From assembly GCA_014905635.1 (NCBI GenBank), contig JABVCE010000047.1, positions 62,001 through 109,869 of the forward strand: a stretch of 47,869 nucleotides of DNA, written 5' to 3'. The stretch comes from Scenedesmus sp. PABB004 (Eukaryota). Below, in pieces: positions 34,404-47,869 of the stretch. Numbering within the stretch: the stretch's first letter is position 1; each line of letters begins with the position of its first letter. Below the pieces are notes generated by a model. It saw only the letters and a list, made by a program, of their open reading frames with translations. It searched no databases and was not told where the DNA came from. A program made the translations under genes and the position numbers.

Positions 34404-34768
34404 TGAGAGTGCGGCTAGCTCGAGCTGCCCCTGGCGGCAACGCGGCGCGTGCTGCGCCGGCGGGCGCTCATTCGCGCTCGGGCGGCCCTCGGCGGGCAGT
34501 GTGAGCGGACAGGAGGTTGGCGGCGTGCTGGGCAAGCGCTGGCGGCGCGCTGGGCAGGTCCACGCTCAGCCCCGAACCGCCGCGCTGCTGCCGCGCGCCC
34601 CGCCGCGCAGCGCAGCACGCTGCTGTCGGCACGATCGCTGCACGCGGGCTGTCGCGGGCCGCAGCGCGCTCGTGGGGCGCAGTCGCCGGTTGCACACAGG
34701 CAGCGCGCCGGCGCCAGGCCTGCTTGCACAGCAGGCGCGCACAACAGCCCCGCGCCGGGGCGCAGCGC

Positions 34769-36854
<2,086 letters not shown>

Positions 36855-37757
36855 CGCGCCGCCGCGCCCGCCGCAGCGGTTGCTGCTGCTGCGTGCGCCG
36901 CCGCGCGGCCAGGGGCGCGAGCGGCCCGGCGCGCGGGCCCGTGTGGCTGCGAGCTTTCAGGCGAGGTACCAGGGCTGGCCGGGGAGCGCGCGCGCGAGGC
37001 CGCAGGCAGGGCGCGGCGTTCAGTTTGGCGCAGATGGCCGTGGCGTCTGCTGGCTGCGTGCGCGCGTGGGCCGGCGCGGCGCTGACTGGATCGGCGAGTG
37101 CGCGGGTGAGGCCGGGACGGCGCAGGCCGGCCAGGTCGCGCGGTTTTGAGGCATGACATGAGGCGGGGCGCAGCGGCCGAGCGCGCGCCGCCGCGGCAGC
37201 TGCCGCAGCGGCGACAGCGGCGGCGTGCGCCACAGCGGCTGCCGGTGCTGTCTGAGTGCCTGGCTCGCTCTGCTCGCTGCCCTGACCGCCCTGCTGATCG
37301 TGCGCCGCCCCCGGTGTGCGCGCCGAGGCGGCCAGCAGCGGCATCGTCACCGCCTCCGTCGGCCGCCAGCGCGCGTGGCTTGCCTGCCGGGTCTTGCACC
37401 AGCGGCAGCCGCCCCTGCGGCCGTCAGGGCTTCAAGCGCCGACGCAGCCGCGCGCCCGCAGCGTCCGCTCAGACCACACTCCCCGCGTCCCTCGTGTCCC
37501 TGGTTGAGCACCCTTGGCCGGTGCCCGGCCTCCCACCCCCGTCAGGCGCAGAGACGCGCGCGCCCGCCGGCGCCCAGGCGCAGCTGCTGCCGGCATCGCG
37601 CCGGCGCGGCGGCCGCTGCTGGTGGCGCCCACCGGCGGCGTGCGCCGCCCCCGCCGCGCATGTTCAGTGCCTGTTGCCCGCCCCGCCGCCCCCGTCGCGC
37701 CCCAACCTCCTCCCCCGCCCCCGCCCGCCGCTCGCGCTGCTGCGTGGTCGGCGTGCG

Positions 37758-38584
37758 TCACTTCTTGCCGAGGTAGAGGTTGACAAAGATGGCCGCAAGG
37801 ATGAGCAGCAGCGGCAGCAGCAGGTTCAGCGCCTTCGCGCCGCCGCCGGCCTTGGCTGCCGACGGGCCGCTGTTTTTGCTGGTCGGCGCGGAGTCGCCGC
37901 CCTGCGCCGGGCGGGGGTGGGGGCGCGGCGGCGGGCGCGGTCGGCGAGCCGCGGCGACGCTGCGACCGGTCTGCCGCAGCAGCCGGCTGCTGCGGTCGCC
38001 CCCGCGCGCGCGCGGGGCGTCTGCCTCGCAGCCGACGCCGCTGCACCGGCTGCATCAGCCCCCTCGCCCCCGCCGCCGCTCTGCGCCGCCCGACAGCTGG
38101 CAGCAGCGGCGGCGCTGCCAACCGCCGCGCCGCGCCGCCGGCCGCGCCGCGCCGCGCCGCCGCCGGCCGACGGCGGTGCGCCGGGCCGTCGACCCACGGG
38201 CGCGCGGTCCCCGGCGCCGCCCAGGCCCCGAGCGGGCGCGCACCGCGTAGGTGCCGATCAAGTACTTGTCCAGCAGCTCGCGCGCGCTGTTGCTGTGCCC
38301 AATTTCCTCAAAATCCTGCGTTGAATCCTTGCCTGCGTCCGGGGCCGCGCGCAGTGCCTCGGCCGGGCCCGCCGCGCGCCGTGCACGTCGCCGGCGCGCT
38401 GCGATGCCTGCCCGCGCCGCGCCCCGGCGCCGCCCGCACCTGCGGAGGTGAGGATGATGTCGTAGCCGCCCGGGTGCTCCTCCAAGAAGTCGGTGACGTT
38501 GTAAACCTTGCCGTGCACGACGAGCCAGCAGTCCTTGTCGCTGGTGTGGCGTTTGCACTCGTCGAGCGTGTACGTGGCGGCCAT
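37758..38584 (-). CDS. CYB5: Tail-anchored cytochrome b5, 3 exons
   Basis: DCWLVVHGKVYNVTDFLEEHPGG and GKDSTQDFEEIGHSNSA, with a C-terminal TM segment LLLPLLLILAAIFVNLYLGKK*. Confidence 0.95.
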
Positions 38585-38960
38585 GCTGCCTGCCGGCGCG
38601 TACGCAGCGAGGGGGACGCACGGGGAGTGTGCACGGCGGGCCCGCGCCCCGCGAGCAGCACGGCAGCAGCAGGAGGCAGACCGCCGGCCGCCTGGTCGCG
38701 GTTTGGCGCTGCGCCCCAGGGACACGCCCGGGCGCGGCCCGCCTCTTCAGTCAGTCGTCATCAGCGCAGCGCCGCCGCCTGCGCGAGCCGAGGCGCCCCG
38801 CTGGCGGTTGGCACTGCCCCGGGCAATCAGCATCCGCCCGCCACCGCCGGCCCGCGGGTCCAGCCGGACAGCTGACGCCCGCACGCGCAGCGGGGTCCCC
38901 ACATCTTGCATCCGTCGCGCGCTGCGCCCGCCGGCGGCAGCGCACTGATCCGGCGGCGGC

Positions 38961-41900
38961 ATGGCGGAGGAGGCGGCGAGCTCGGGGCTGTTTGGGGTGT
39001 TTCTGCTCAGCATCTCGTCGCTCTTCCTCATCCCCTACACCATCCACTACCTCTGCTCCGCGGGGGAGGATGCCACCACGCAGCCCGTGGCCAAGGTGCG
39101 GCCGCGGCGCCGGGCCGCGCCGGTCGCAGCAGCGGCGGTCGCGGCCTCGCCGCCGCCGCCGCCGCTGCCGCTCGCGCCGCCGCCCACGGCGCGCCGCCCC
39201 TGGGGGTCTGCAGAGCCGGAAGAAGGACACGCCGGGCGAGCGGCTGCAGCGCTTGTGCACCAAGGGTGAGGGGGGCGGGGCGCAGCCGCGCGCTGCCGCG
39301 TCGTGGGGCGCGCCAGCGCCGTCGCGAGCCGCCGCCGCGGCAGCGGGCGCGGCGCGCGGCCGCCGCAGGCGCTGCCGCGGTCGCGCTCCACTGCGCGGTC
39401 TGCCCGCCTGACCCACTCGCGCGCGCGTGGCGCAGGCAACCTGCTGCTGCTCGCCGCGTGGGTGGTGTGGTTTGCGCTGCTGACCTACACGCAGTCGTCC
39501 ATGGCCAGCATGAAGCCGTTTGACCCGTTTGAGATCCTCGGCGTCCCGCGCGACGCCACGGACCGCGACATCAAAAAGGCCTACCGCAAGCTCTCGCTGC
39601 AGTACCACCCAGACAAGGCGCGCGGCGGCGGGGGGCGGGGGCAGCGCCGGGCTGCCAGCAGCGCCGGGCAGCGCCGGGCAGCGCCGGCAGCGCCGCGGCG
39701 CCGGGCGCGGCGCCGCTGACGGCCCGCCGCCGCGGACGGCGGCCGCTGCGCGCAGAACCCCGACCCCAAGGCGGCGCAGTACTTTGCGAGCTTTGTCAGC
39801 AAGGCCTACGCCGCGCTCACCGACGACGTGAGCCGCCAAAACTACGAAAAGTACGGCCACCCCGACGGCCCGCAGGTGCGGCCAGGGCGGCGCAGCCAGG
39901 CAGCGCGGCGGGCCCCGGCCGACGGAGGCGCTCGCGGCGCCGCGCCCGCCGCGCCGCCGCCGCGCCGCGCGCCCGCCGCCGACGCGCGCGCCCGCGCCAC
40001 GCCGCCGCCGCGGCCAGGGCATGAACCTGGGCGTCGCGCTGCCCGACTGGATGTTTGCCAAGGACAAGAAGGCGGCGCCGCTGATGCTGCTGGGGCTGGT
40101 GGGGTGTGGCATCCTGCTGCCGCTGGGGCTGATGACGTGGTACATGCTCTCCAGCAGCAAGTTCAGCGGGCCAAACGGCATCATGAACGACACCTTTGCC
40201 ATCTTCATGTACAGCAAGCAGTGCATCAAGGAGTCGCAGGTGCGGCGCGCGCGCGCGGGGGGGGGGGGGGGGGGCACGACGATCGCAACACGCAGTGCGC
40301 AGCACGGCACACACAGCACCCAGCACCCAGCACCCAGCACGCAGCGCGCAGCAGGCAGCCCAGGGTGCGGCACCCGCCCGCCGCTGCAGCCCGCCGTGGC
40401 GCAGCGGCGACCCTGGGCGCGCCGCCAGCACCGCGGCAGGGCTGCTTTACGCAGGCCACGGGCGCCCCACACCCCGTCTGCGTCAGTTTTCCCTGCCACA
40501 GCCTTGCGCGCGACGCGCCGCGCGCCTCGCGCCCGCCGCGGCACGCGGGACGTGGCGCGCGCCGCCCACGCGCCGCCGCCGCGCCGCCGCCGCGCCGCCG
40601 CCGCGCTGCGCCGGGCCGCAGTCTGTCGTGCGCATCCCCGAGACGCTGCTGTGCGCGATGGAGTTCATCACCCTCTACACGCCGCCCGAGCACCAGGCGC
40701 CGATGCAGGAGGTGCGCAAGGCGCTCGCGCCGTGCTACCCAGACCTGCTCGCGCTCAACAACAAGACCTTCTGGCAGCGCAAGGTGACCGCCACGCGCCC
40801 GCCGCGGCGGCACGCCGCGCTGCCGCCGCCGCTGCTGCGCTCGCCGTGCGCGCTGGGGCAGACGCGCGGGCGGATGATGCCCGTCAACGTGTGCGCGCTG
40901 ACCGCTGCCCGCGTGGCCGCAGGCGGGCGTGGTCAAGGCGCACCTGCTGCTGCTGGCGCACCTGGAGCGCATGGGCGACGACGTGCCGCCGCAGCTGCAG
41001 GCCGACCTCAAGTGAGCGCGCACGGCTGCGGCGCGCGCGGTGGCGCGCGCCGCACGCGCTGAGCCTGCTCGGCCGCCGCTGCGCGCGCACCGGCAGGTAC
41101 GTGCGGTCCAAGGTGCCCGCGCTGCTGGAGGAGATGGTCAAGCTGGCCACGCTGCCCCGCACCGCGAGCGGCTGCGGCTGGATGGTGAGTGGCGCGCGCG
41201 CGTTGCCGCAGCGCGCCGGAGCCGGCTGCCGGCGCAGCAGCGCGGGCGGCAGGCGCAGCAGCGCGCGCTGCGGCGAGCTCACCGCCGCCGCCTGCGCGGT
41301 CGCGCAGACGCCATCGCTGGCGTGTGTGGAGATGATGCAGTGCATGGCGCAGGCCATGCCCGTGGCGACGCGCAAGGGCGGCGGCAAGATGGGCGACGCG
41401 CTCGCGCCGCTGCTGCAGCTGCCGGGCTTTGACCAGGAGGTGGTCAAGCGCCTGCGCAAGCGCAAGATCAACGGCCTGACCGGTGCGCGGCCTCACACAC
41501 CGCGCCGCCGCCCGGCCCTGCGCGCCGGAGGGCAGCGCCGCGCTGCGGCTGGCCCGCCGCCGCCGCGCCTGACGCGCCCGCCGCCGCCGGCGCGCGCTGG
41601 GGCCCTGCCCGCGCGCGGCGCAGACCTGCAGGTGCTGCCAGAGGGCCAGCGCGCGGCGGAGCTGAGCTGGGCGGGGCTGGACGCGTCGGCGGCTGAGGGC
41701 GTGAACCTCTTCCTCAGCGCCATGCCCCGCCTCTCCGTCGCGGCGCTGTGCGAGGTGGAGGGCGAGGAGGAGATCATGGAGACAGACCCCGTGCACTGCA
41801 GGGTGCGCGACACCGGCCGCCCGCGCGCGCGCCGCGGCGCCGCCCGCGGCGCCGCCCTCGGCACCGCCCGCTGCGCCCCGCGGGGCGCGCGCCCCCCGAC

Positions 41901-43061
41901 GCGCGCGCCTGCCCGCCCACGCGCGTGCTGCCCCGCCCCGCCCCGCCGCGCTGCCCCGCGGCCGCAGGTGCGCGTGCTGCTGTCGCGGCCGAGCCACGCG
42001 ACGCCGGGCTACGCGCTGCGCGGGTCGGGCGTCCGCGCGTACACGCCGCTCAACCCTGTGCCCCGGGACGAGTCGTGGTACTTCTTCCTCACAGAGCCCA
42101 GCACCAACGGCGTCATCGCGTGGGCCAAGGCGCGGCCGCACGCAGCCGCGCGCGACACTGCGCGAGGCTGCGCCGGGGGGGGGGGGGGGGCGGCGGGCCG
42201 CGCGGCGCGGCGCGCGCGTGCGGCCGGCGCGGCTGCCGCCTGCCGCTCACGGCCGCTGCCCCGGCGCGCGCCGCGCGTGGTGCAGGTCAACCTCATGGAG
42301 GCGGAGCGCGAGGGCATGGCGCACCCCGAGGCCTTCGCGCCGGAGCCCGCCGCCGCGCCCGGCGGCGGCGCTGCCAACGGCGTGGTTGCGCTCGCCGGCG
42401 CCGCCGCTGGCGCCCCCGCGGAGCGTGCGGGCCAGGAGGTTGACCTCGTGTTCATGGCGCCCAAGGCCGCGACCTACAACCTCAGCCTGGTGGTCATGAG
42501 CGACTGCTGGGTGGGCGTGGACGAGACGGTGCAGGTGCGCGCCGCGCCGCGCGCGGGGCCGAGCAGGGCACCACCACGGCGCGCCGGCCTGCTGCGCGCG
42601 CAGCGGTCGTTGTTGCCGCGCCCGGCCGGACGCGGCACGCGCACGACACCCGCGCACGACACCCACGCGCGCCCCCCTGCCCCCCTTCCGCCCGCAGCTG
42701 AAGCTGCGCGTCGCGCCGCTCACCCGCGCCGCCGCCGAGAGCCGCTTGGCCGCTGCGGCGGCCGGCAAGCCGGCCTTCAGCGACACCGACAGCGACGCCG
42801 GTGCGCGCGGCGACGGGGGCTTGTGCTGGCTCGCGCGGCTCGCGCTCGCTCGCTCGCTCACTGCGCGGTGTGCACGACGCGGCGGGCCGCGCCCTCACGC
42901 GCTGCCGCGCCCGCGGCCGCGCCGCCGCAGACGGCAGCGACGGCAGCGACGGCAGCGGCAGCGGCAGCGAGAGCGAGGGCGACTACGACAGCGAGGAGAC
43001 GGGCGAGGAGGAGAGCGAAGACGGCGACGGCGCCAAGCCGCAGGCCGACCGCTCGGAGTGA
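38961..43061 (+). CDS. SEC63: ER translocon J-protein SEC63/ERdj2, about 14 exons
   Basis: N-terminal TM segments, J domain FDPFEILGV...[34 protein letters not shown], a Sec63/Brl domain ([23 protein letters not shown]) and an acidic C-terminal tail. Confidence 0.95.
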
Positions 43062-43537
43062 GTGCCCCGCGCGGCCCCGGCGCACTCTCGCGCGTGCGCA
43101 CGCGCAGCTCGGCGGCGGGCGCTTGGTCGCGCTCGTTCTTGCGGCGGTAAACTGTGCACGACGTGGTTGGCCCGGCATGTCGTTCACGCGCGCCCGAGGC
43201 TTGCTGCGCCCGCAGCGCCGAGGGCCTGCGCGCGCTGCGGAGCAGCGTCAGTCGCCCGCTCGAGCGCCGGCACGCCAACGGTTGCCCCCCGGCCTCGGTC
43301 GCCCGCACCGCTGTGCGCGGCTGGCCTTTCTCGATTCAGCCGCTTGCTGTCGCGTGCAAAGCTGCCGCCGCCGCCAGACGGCTGCTGCCAGCGCGACGGC
43401 GGCGCGCTAAGCTCCGCAGCCCGCAGCAGCCCACGGCAGCGCGCGAGCGAGGACGCCAGCGGCCAACTCGCGGGGCTGCGACCGCCTATCCCGCGCTGAC
43501 CGGCGCGCGGAGGCCAAGTTCTGGATAGCCTCCGACC

Positions 43538-45909
43538 ATGCCGCCGAGCGCAGCCCGCCGGCCGAGCGCAGCCCGCCGGTGGTCCCTGCGAGCTCTGATC
43601 CTCATGCTACTGGCTGCAGCATCCCAGGGCGCCGCTGCGCGAGGTGGGCACTTGCGGCCGCGGCGGCAGCGGCGCGGCGGCAGCAGCGCGGCGGCAGCAG
43701 CGCGGCAGCAACGCACTAGGCGCAGCGACATGCCCCCAACTCCAGCCCACCCCCCCCCCACCCCCAACCCCAGGCCTAGGCACGGTGGCGCGCTGCGACG
43801 GCCTGCCGGCCGTCGACGTGTCAGCCGGCACGACTCCCAGGGCCGTTGTGCGCGCGGCGTACGGGGACGCTGCCGCGGAGCTGCCCTGGCGCTCGCTCTG
43901 CCAGCTGCTGCAAGCGTGCAACGCCGGGCTGCCCTGCACCAGCAACCGCCCGCTCGCAGCCGCGCTGACGCTGGCGGTGCCGCCGCTGCCGACGGGGCCG
44001 TCAAAGCGCAAGACGGGCGCGTCGGCGACGTTCAACCCGGAGCCGCCGGCCAGCGGCGAACCCGTCATCGTGTCGCGCGGCGGCGGCGGCGTGACCGTCG
44101 CGCAGGCGGCGCCGACGTGCACCGTCAGCGTCGCACCGACGGGCCTCATCCGGGCGGCAAACCTGAGCAACGCATGCCCACTGTACTACAATGGTGAGGC
44201 CGGCGGGCGCCGTCGCAGCGCCACGCGGTGCGTCGCTAAGCGCTGAGCTGACCCCCTCCCCTCCCCCCCGGGGCCGGCGCAGGCTGCAGCGGCCCTTCAG
44301 ACGCCGTGCCCTATCAGGCGCGACTCACTCCCGCATGCATGTCGCATGACATGTGCTACGCCTGCAGTGCGTTGCGCGGCGCGCGGCGGCGCGCGGCGGG
44401 CCGCCAGCGCGGCGCCCCCTATCCCTGCCGCTCCCTTCCCCGCCCCTGCACAAAGATTGACCCCTCCCCGCCGCGGGCCACGGCGCTCACATATGCCAGG
44501 TTGGAGGGTCGTCGGCAACAACACGAGCAAGGCTGCGAGGCAGAAGGCATGTGACGACCGCTTCAAGCAGACCATGCTCAACCTCTGCGACCGGTGGTTT
44601 GGGAACACCAGCGCCTTCCACCTCACCGGGTGCAAGGCGACGGCCAACACCATGTACGCGGCCGTCGCCCTCGGCGGCAGCTCCTTCCACACCGAGTACG
44701 AGTGCCCCGGAAACATGGACGCCGTGGGGTTCCCCACGTTTGGCCTTGTACCCACATTCATCCCAAGTGCGCGCCGCTAAAGCCCTGCTGCTCTTGGGGG
44801 GGGGGGGGGGGGGGCGCCGGGGCGGCGGCCCAGGGCCGCCACGCGCCGCCGCCGCCTGCCCGCCCGCCGCCGCCGCGTGCCCTCCCGCCGCCGCCGACTG
44901 CTGTCCCGCCGACGCCGCGTGCCCTCCCGCCGCCGCCGCCTGCTCGCCCGCCGTTGCCCGCAGGCTTCCCCACCTATGCGATCATCGCACCGATCCGCCA
45001 GTGAGCAGCGCGCCGCCGCGCGGCGCTGCGCGTCGCGCGCCTGCGCCCCACCGCCCCCCCCCCCACCCCCCGGGGCGCAGGGGACCTTGGGGCTTTTGGA
45101 CAGGGTGGGCGGAGTGTCCAGCTGGCTCCTGGCTGAGTGGCTTCCGCGCGCGCGTGGAGGCCGACCAGTACCTCGGCGACGACACCGCGCTCAACGAGCT
45201 CATGTTTCGCTGCTCCGACGCGGCCGGCGGCGCGACGGCCTCCAACCTCACAACGAGCACGTTTTACAGCTACTGGGGCGCCGACTACAACTACTGGGGA
45301 GACTGGGGCGACTGGTGCGTACGCCGGCGGTGCAGCAGCAGGCACCAGCTGTTCCGCAGCGGCCCCAGCGGCACGCGCCGCCGTGCTCGGCTGCCGGGCG
45401 GCAGCCCACGCGGCGTGCCCCGCCCTGACCGCGCGCGTGCAGGGTCAACTGCCCCACCGGGCAGCACATTGTCGGCCTCGACCTGGCGGTGCAGGACGCG
45501 GGCGCAGACGACACGGCCGCCAACACGCTGCGGGTGCGGCGGATGCGCGGCGGCACGCGCGCCCGTGTGGCGCGTGAGCGTGCGCTGAGCTCACCGCCAC
45601 GCGCCCTGCAGGTCCGGTGCAGCGGCGGCGGCACCCTCACGCAGCCCAACACGCTGGGCCGAGGGTACTTTGCGGGGCGCTTTGTCAACTGCCCGGCGGG
45701 CATGGCCGCGTGCGGCGCGCGCACCAAGATGGAGCAGCCGGGCGTGGCCGGTAGGTGCTGCGGCGCGGCGCGGCGCGGCGCGGCGCGGAGCGCCACAAGC
45801 GCGCGTGGCGTGCCGCGCTTGTGCGCCGCTCACAATTCCCGCCGCCGCCGCAACCGCAGACGACTCAGCGCTCAACTCGGTGAACTTTGTGTGCTGCCCA
45901 AAGCCGTAG
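43538..45909 (+). CDS. Secreted multidomain protein: signal peptide, LysM-like domain, secreted phospholipase A2-like domain, VMO-I beta-prism; 9 exons
   Basis: Hydrophobic N-terminus. VSAGTTPRAVVRAAYG...LQACNAGL...LTLAVP resembles LysM. N|GCSGP...PACMSHDMCYAC...KACDDRFKQTMLNLC...CKATANTMYAAV resembles sPLA2. Three VMO-I repeats carry DDTALN, DDTAAN and DDSALN. All eight introns are phase-consistent. Confidence 0.85.
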
Positions 45910-45980
45910 CGCGGGGGCTGCGTGTTGAGGCCCTGGGCTGTCTGGTCTAAACCCCGGCCTAAACCCTGGCCTCGGTTGTT

Positions 45981-46053
45981 GCGGCCGCGGCCCCGGCTGA
46001 CGCGGCCGCGGCTCCGGCTGACGCGGCCGCGGCCCCGGCTGACGCGGCCGCGG
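45981..46053. repeat. 21-bp tandem repeat (gcggccgcggccccggctgac), about 3.5 copies
   Basis: Directly visible, just downstream of the VMO-I gene stop. Confidence 0.85.
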
Positions 46054-46864
46054 CCGCAGCTGGAGCGCGCTGAGCTGGCGGGGCGGTGAAGCAGACGCCG
46101 CGGGTGACAGGGGCGGCGGCAGCACATAAGCGAGCTGGGGCGTGCCCTGGCGGCAGCGTTGCTCTGGCGGGGGAGGGGAGGGTGTTCACGGGTTTGCCCC
46201 GACGGGGTGCCCCAAGATTGGTATTGATGCGCGGACCTGCTGCTTGCTTATAAGCGCATGCTTCGCACGCTGCGAAGGTGCTGCCTCCGCAGCTCCGCAT
46301 CCTCCTGTAAGCCCAGATGCGCTTACAAATCTGCAGTGTCGCTTCCACCACCCACGTCACGCGTCCACGCGTTCACCCAGAATAATGGCGGGGCACGGCA
46401 CGCTGTTGCGTCGCAATATGCCGCATCGCCCGGGGGCGATGCGGGGTGTGCGGCGGCGCGGCGGCGGCGGCTGACTGCTAGCAGTCGGTAGTGGCGCAGC
46501 GCGTGTGCAAGCTGACTAGCGCGTGAGCACGTGCTGTTGGTGCCATGGCACCCGCTGCCGCGCGGGTCTCAGAGTGCCGGCGGCCGTATGCGCGTGCTGC
46601 GCAGCGCGCGCCGGGCTGCGTTCGCTCACACACCTAGGGCCGCGCGTGTGGGCGGCCTTTGCATGGGGCATCGTGTTGGCGAAGCGAGCATGCAAGGTGC
46701 TGAGCAAGCACCTCGCATTATCGCTGCAAGGCTGGCCCACGCCCGCCGCGCTGAGCATGCGCCGACACTCTTTTCTTGGTAGAGGATGTGGGAGATCACT
46801 CGCAATGCGGTTGCATGACCATACGGGCCCCTTCCCAGGCAATCACTGACACACGCGACGTATG

Positions 46865-46886
46865 TAACCCTTAAACCCTAGCCCTA
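46865..46886 (-). repeat. Short degenerate interstitial telomere-like tract, inverted relative to the telomere
   Basis: taacccttaaaccctagcccta. A similar ctaaaccccggcctaaaccct occurs at 45947-45967. Confidence 0.55.
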
Positions 46887-47084
46887 GAGCCGCATCAAGG
46901 CGGGCTTGGACGGATTCAAGCGTGGCCTCGAGCTTCTCGCCCCGCCACCATCGACGGGTATGAGCGCTCACAATTCCAGCTCGCTCGGCGACGCTTGAAG
47001 TCGCATGGTAGCTCTGCAGCGATTGCGGTGCCGACGGGAACGCATGAGAGAGCCGGCCGCAAAAGTGGATGAAACGCAGCCCCG

Positions 47085-47353
47085 ATTCGCTTGAACTGTG
47101 GTGCGGCGCGGTGAGCGATGCGCTGGCGGCGGCGCGGCAGCGGCTCGAGGACACTGCGCGAGCTCAACACCTTCCCCGGCCTCCGCGTCGTCGAGGCGTC
47201 GCGCATCCCGCGCCTCGGCGGGCGCCTCCCGCCGGCGCTCGCGCACCTGCGCGGCCTGACGGTGCGCGCCGCGGCGCGGGCGTCGGCCCCCGTGGCGCCC
47301 GCACTCTAGGCGTGCGCCAGCAGGCACCCGTGGGCAGTCGCGGCGCCGCCTCA

Positions 47354-47392
<39 letters not shown>

Positions 47393-47576
47393 TGCCACCG
47401 GTGCCGCCGCCGCGTCGCAGGAGTTGGATGCTGCGAGGTGCGGCTTGTCCGGGCCGCTCCCGTTTGCGTGGGCGTCGCTCACCAATCTCACGAGCCTAGA
47501 CGTCTCAGCCAACGCCCTGACCGGCGCGCTGGTCTCTGAGTACGGCGGGCTGGTGGGACTGGCAGCTCTAGTTTAG
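47085..47576 (+). pseudogene. Fragment of a plant-type extracellular LRR gene, cut by the telomere
   Basis: Exon ...LRELNTFPGLRVVEASRIPRLGGRLPPALAHLRGLT, intron 47262-47420, then exon ELDAARCGLSGPLPFAWASLTNLTSLDVSANALTGALVSEYGGLVGLAAL running directly into telomeric repeats. No intact 5' part was found. Confidence 0.8.
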
Positions 47577-47869
47577 GTTTTAGGTTTTAGGTTTAGGGTT
47601 TTAGGTTTTAGGTTTTAGGTTTTTTAGGGTTTAGGTTTTAGGTTTAGGTTTTAGGGTTTAGGTTTTAGTTTTTAGGTTTAGGTTTAGGGTTTAGGGTTTA
47701 GGGTTTAGGGTTTAGGGTTTAGGGTTTAGTTTAGGGTTTAGGGTTTAGGGTTTAGGGTTTAGGTTTTAGGGTTTAGGGTTTAGGGTTTAGGGTTTAGGGT
47801 TTAGGGTTTAGGGTTTAGGGTTTAGGGTTTAGGGTTTAGGGTTTAGGGTTTAGGGTTTAGGGTTTAGGG
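47572..47869 (+). repeat. Telomere, (TTTAGGG)n with a degenerate proximal zone
   Basis: G-rich strand runs 5'->3' to the window end. The proximal ~120 bp has TTTTAGG, TTTAGG and TTTTAGGG variants. Confidence 0.99.

Noticed and set aside
37146..37750. Small plus-strand gene between RPT4 and cytochrome b5
   Set aside because: No consistent start, splice pattern or motif. More likely UTR or promoter sequence.
40257..40274. Poly-G tracts (also ~30474, ~42175 and ~44795) as functional elements
   Set aside because: Intronic homopolymers of unreliable length with no further supporting evidence.
40021..43410. 1129-aa ORF as a single protein
   Set aside because: It is read-through of SEC63 exons and GC-rich introns.
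46516..47154. Short ORFs in the subtelomeric low-GC patch
   Set aside because: No recognisable motifs or host-like codon usage.

Overview
Terminal 48 kb of a chromosome from a very GC-rich green alga. The taxon is inferred from the plant-type TTTAGGG telomere, short GC-rich introns and gene content; a Sphaeropleales/Scenedesmus-like chlorophyte is plausible but unproven. Most long six-frame ORFs are GC artefacts, so genes were reconstructed by eye from splice sites. Recognisable genes: SET-domain protein, intronless ALG7/GPT, an LRR-like protein, aquaporin, HUP/STP hexose transporter, class I aldolase, RPT4, cytochrome b5, SEC63, and a secreted LysM-like/phospholipase A2/VMO-I fusion. The apparently empty 22.1-25.2 kb region is a minus-strand, multi-exon, non-coding host transcript carrying about 11 intronic C/D and H/ACA snoRNAs, most with clear 18S/25S rRNA guide sequences. 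Its last exon lies in a ~440 bp segment duplicated at the 3' end of the neighbouring LRR gene. Other notable points: many AG|GCGCG (GC-AG) introns, 13 consecutive co-oriented genes, a 14x QTD repeat in a ~2,400 aa disordered protein, and a telomere that begins inside an LRR exon. rRNA positions and snoRNA family names are recalled from yeast/human/plant knowledge, not from a database search.
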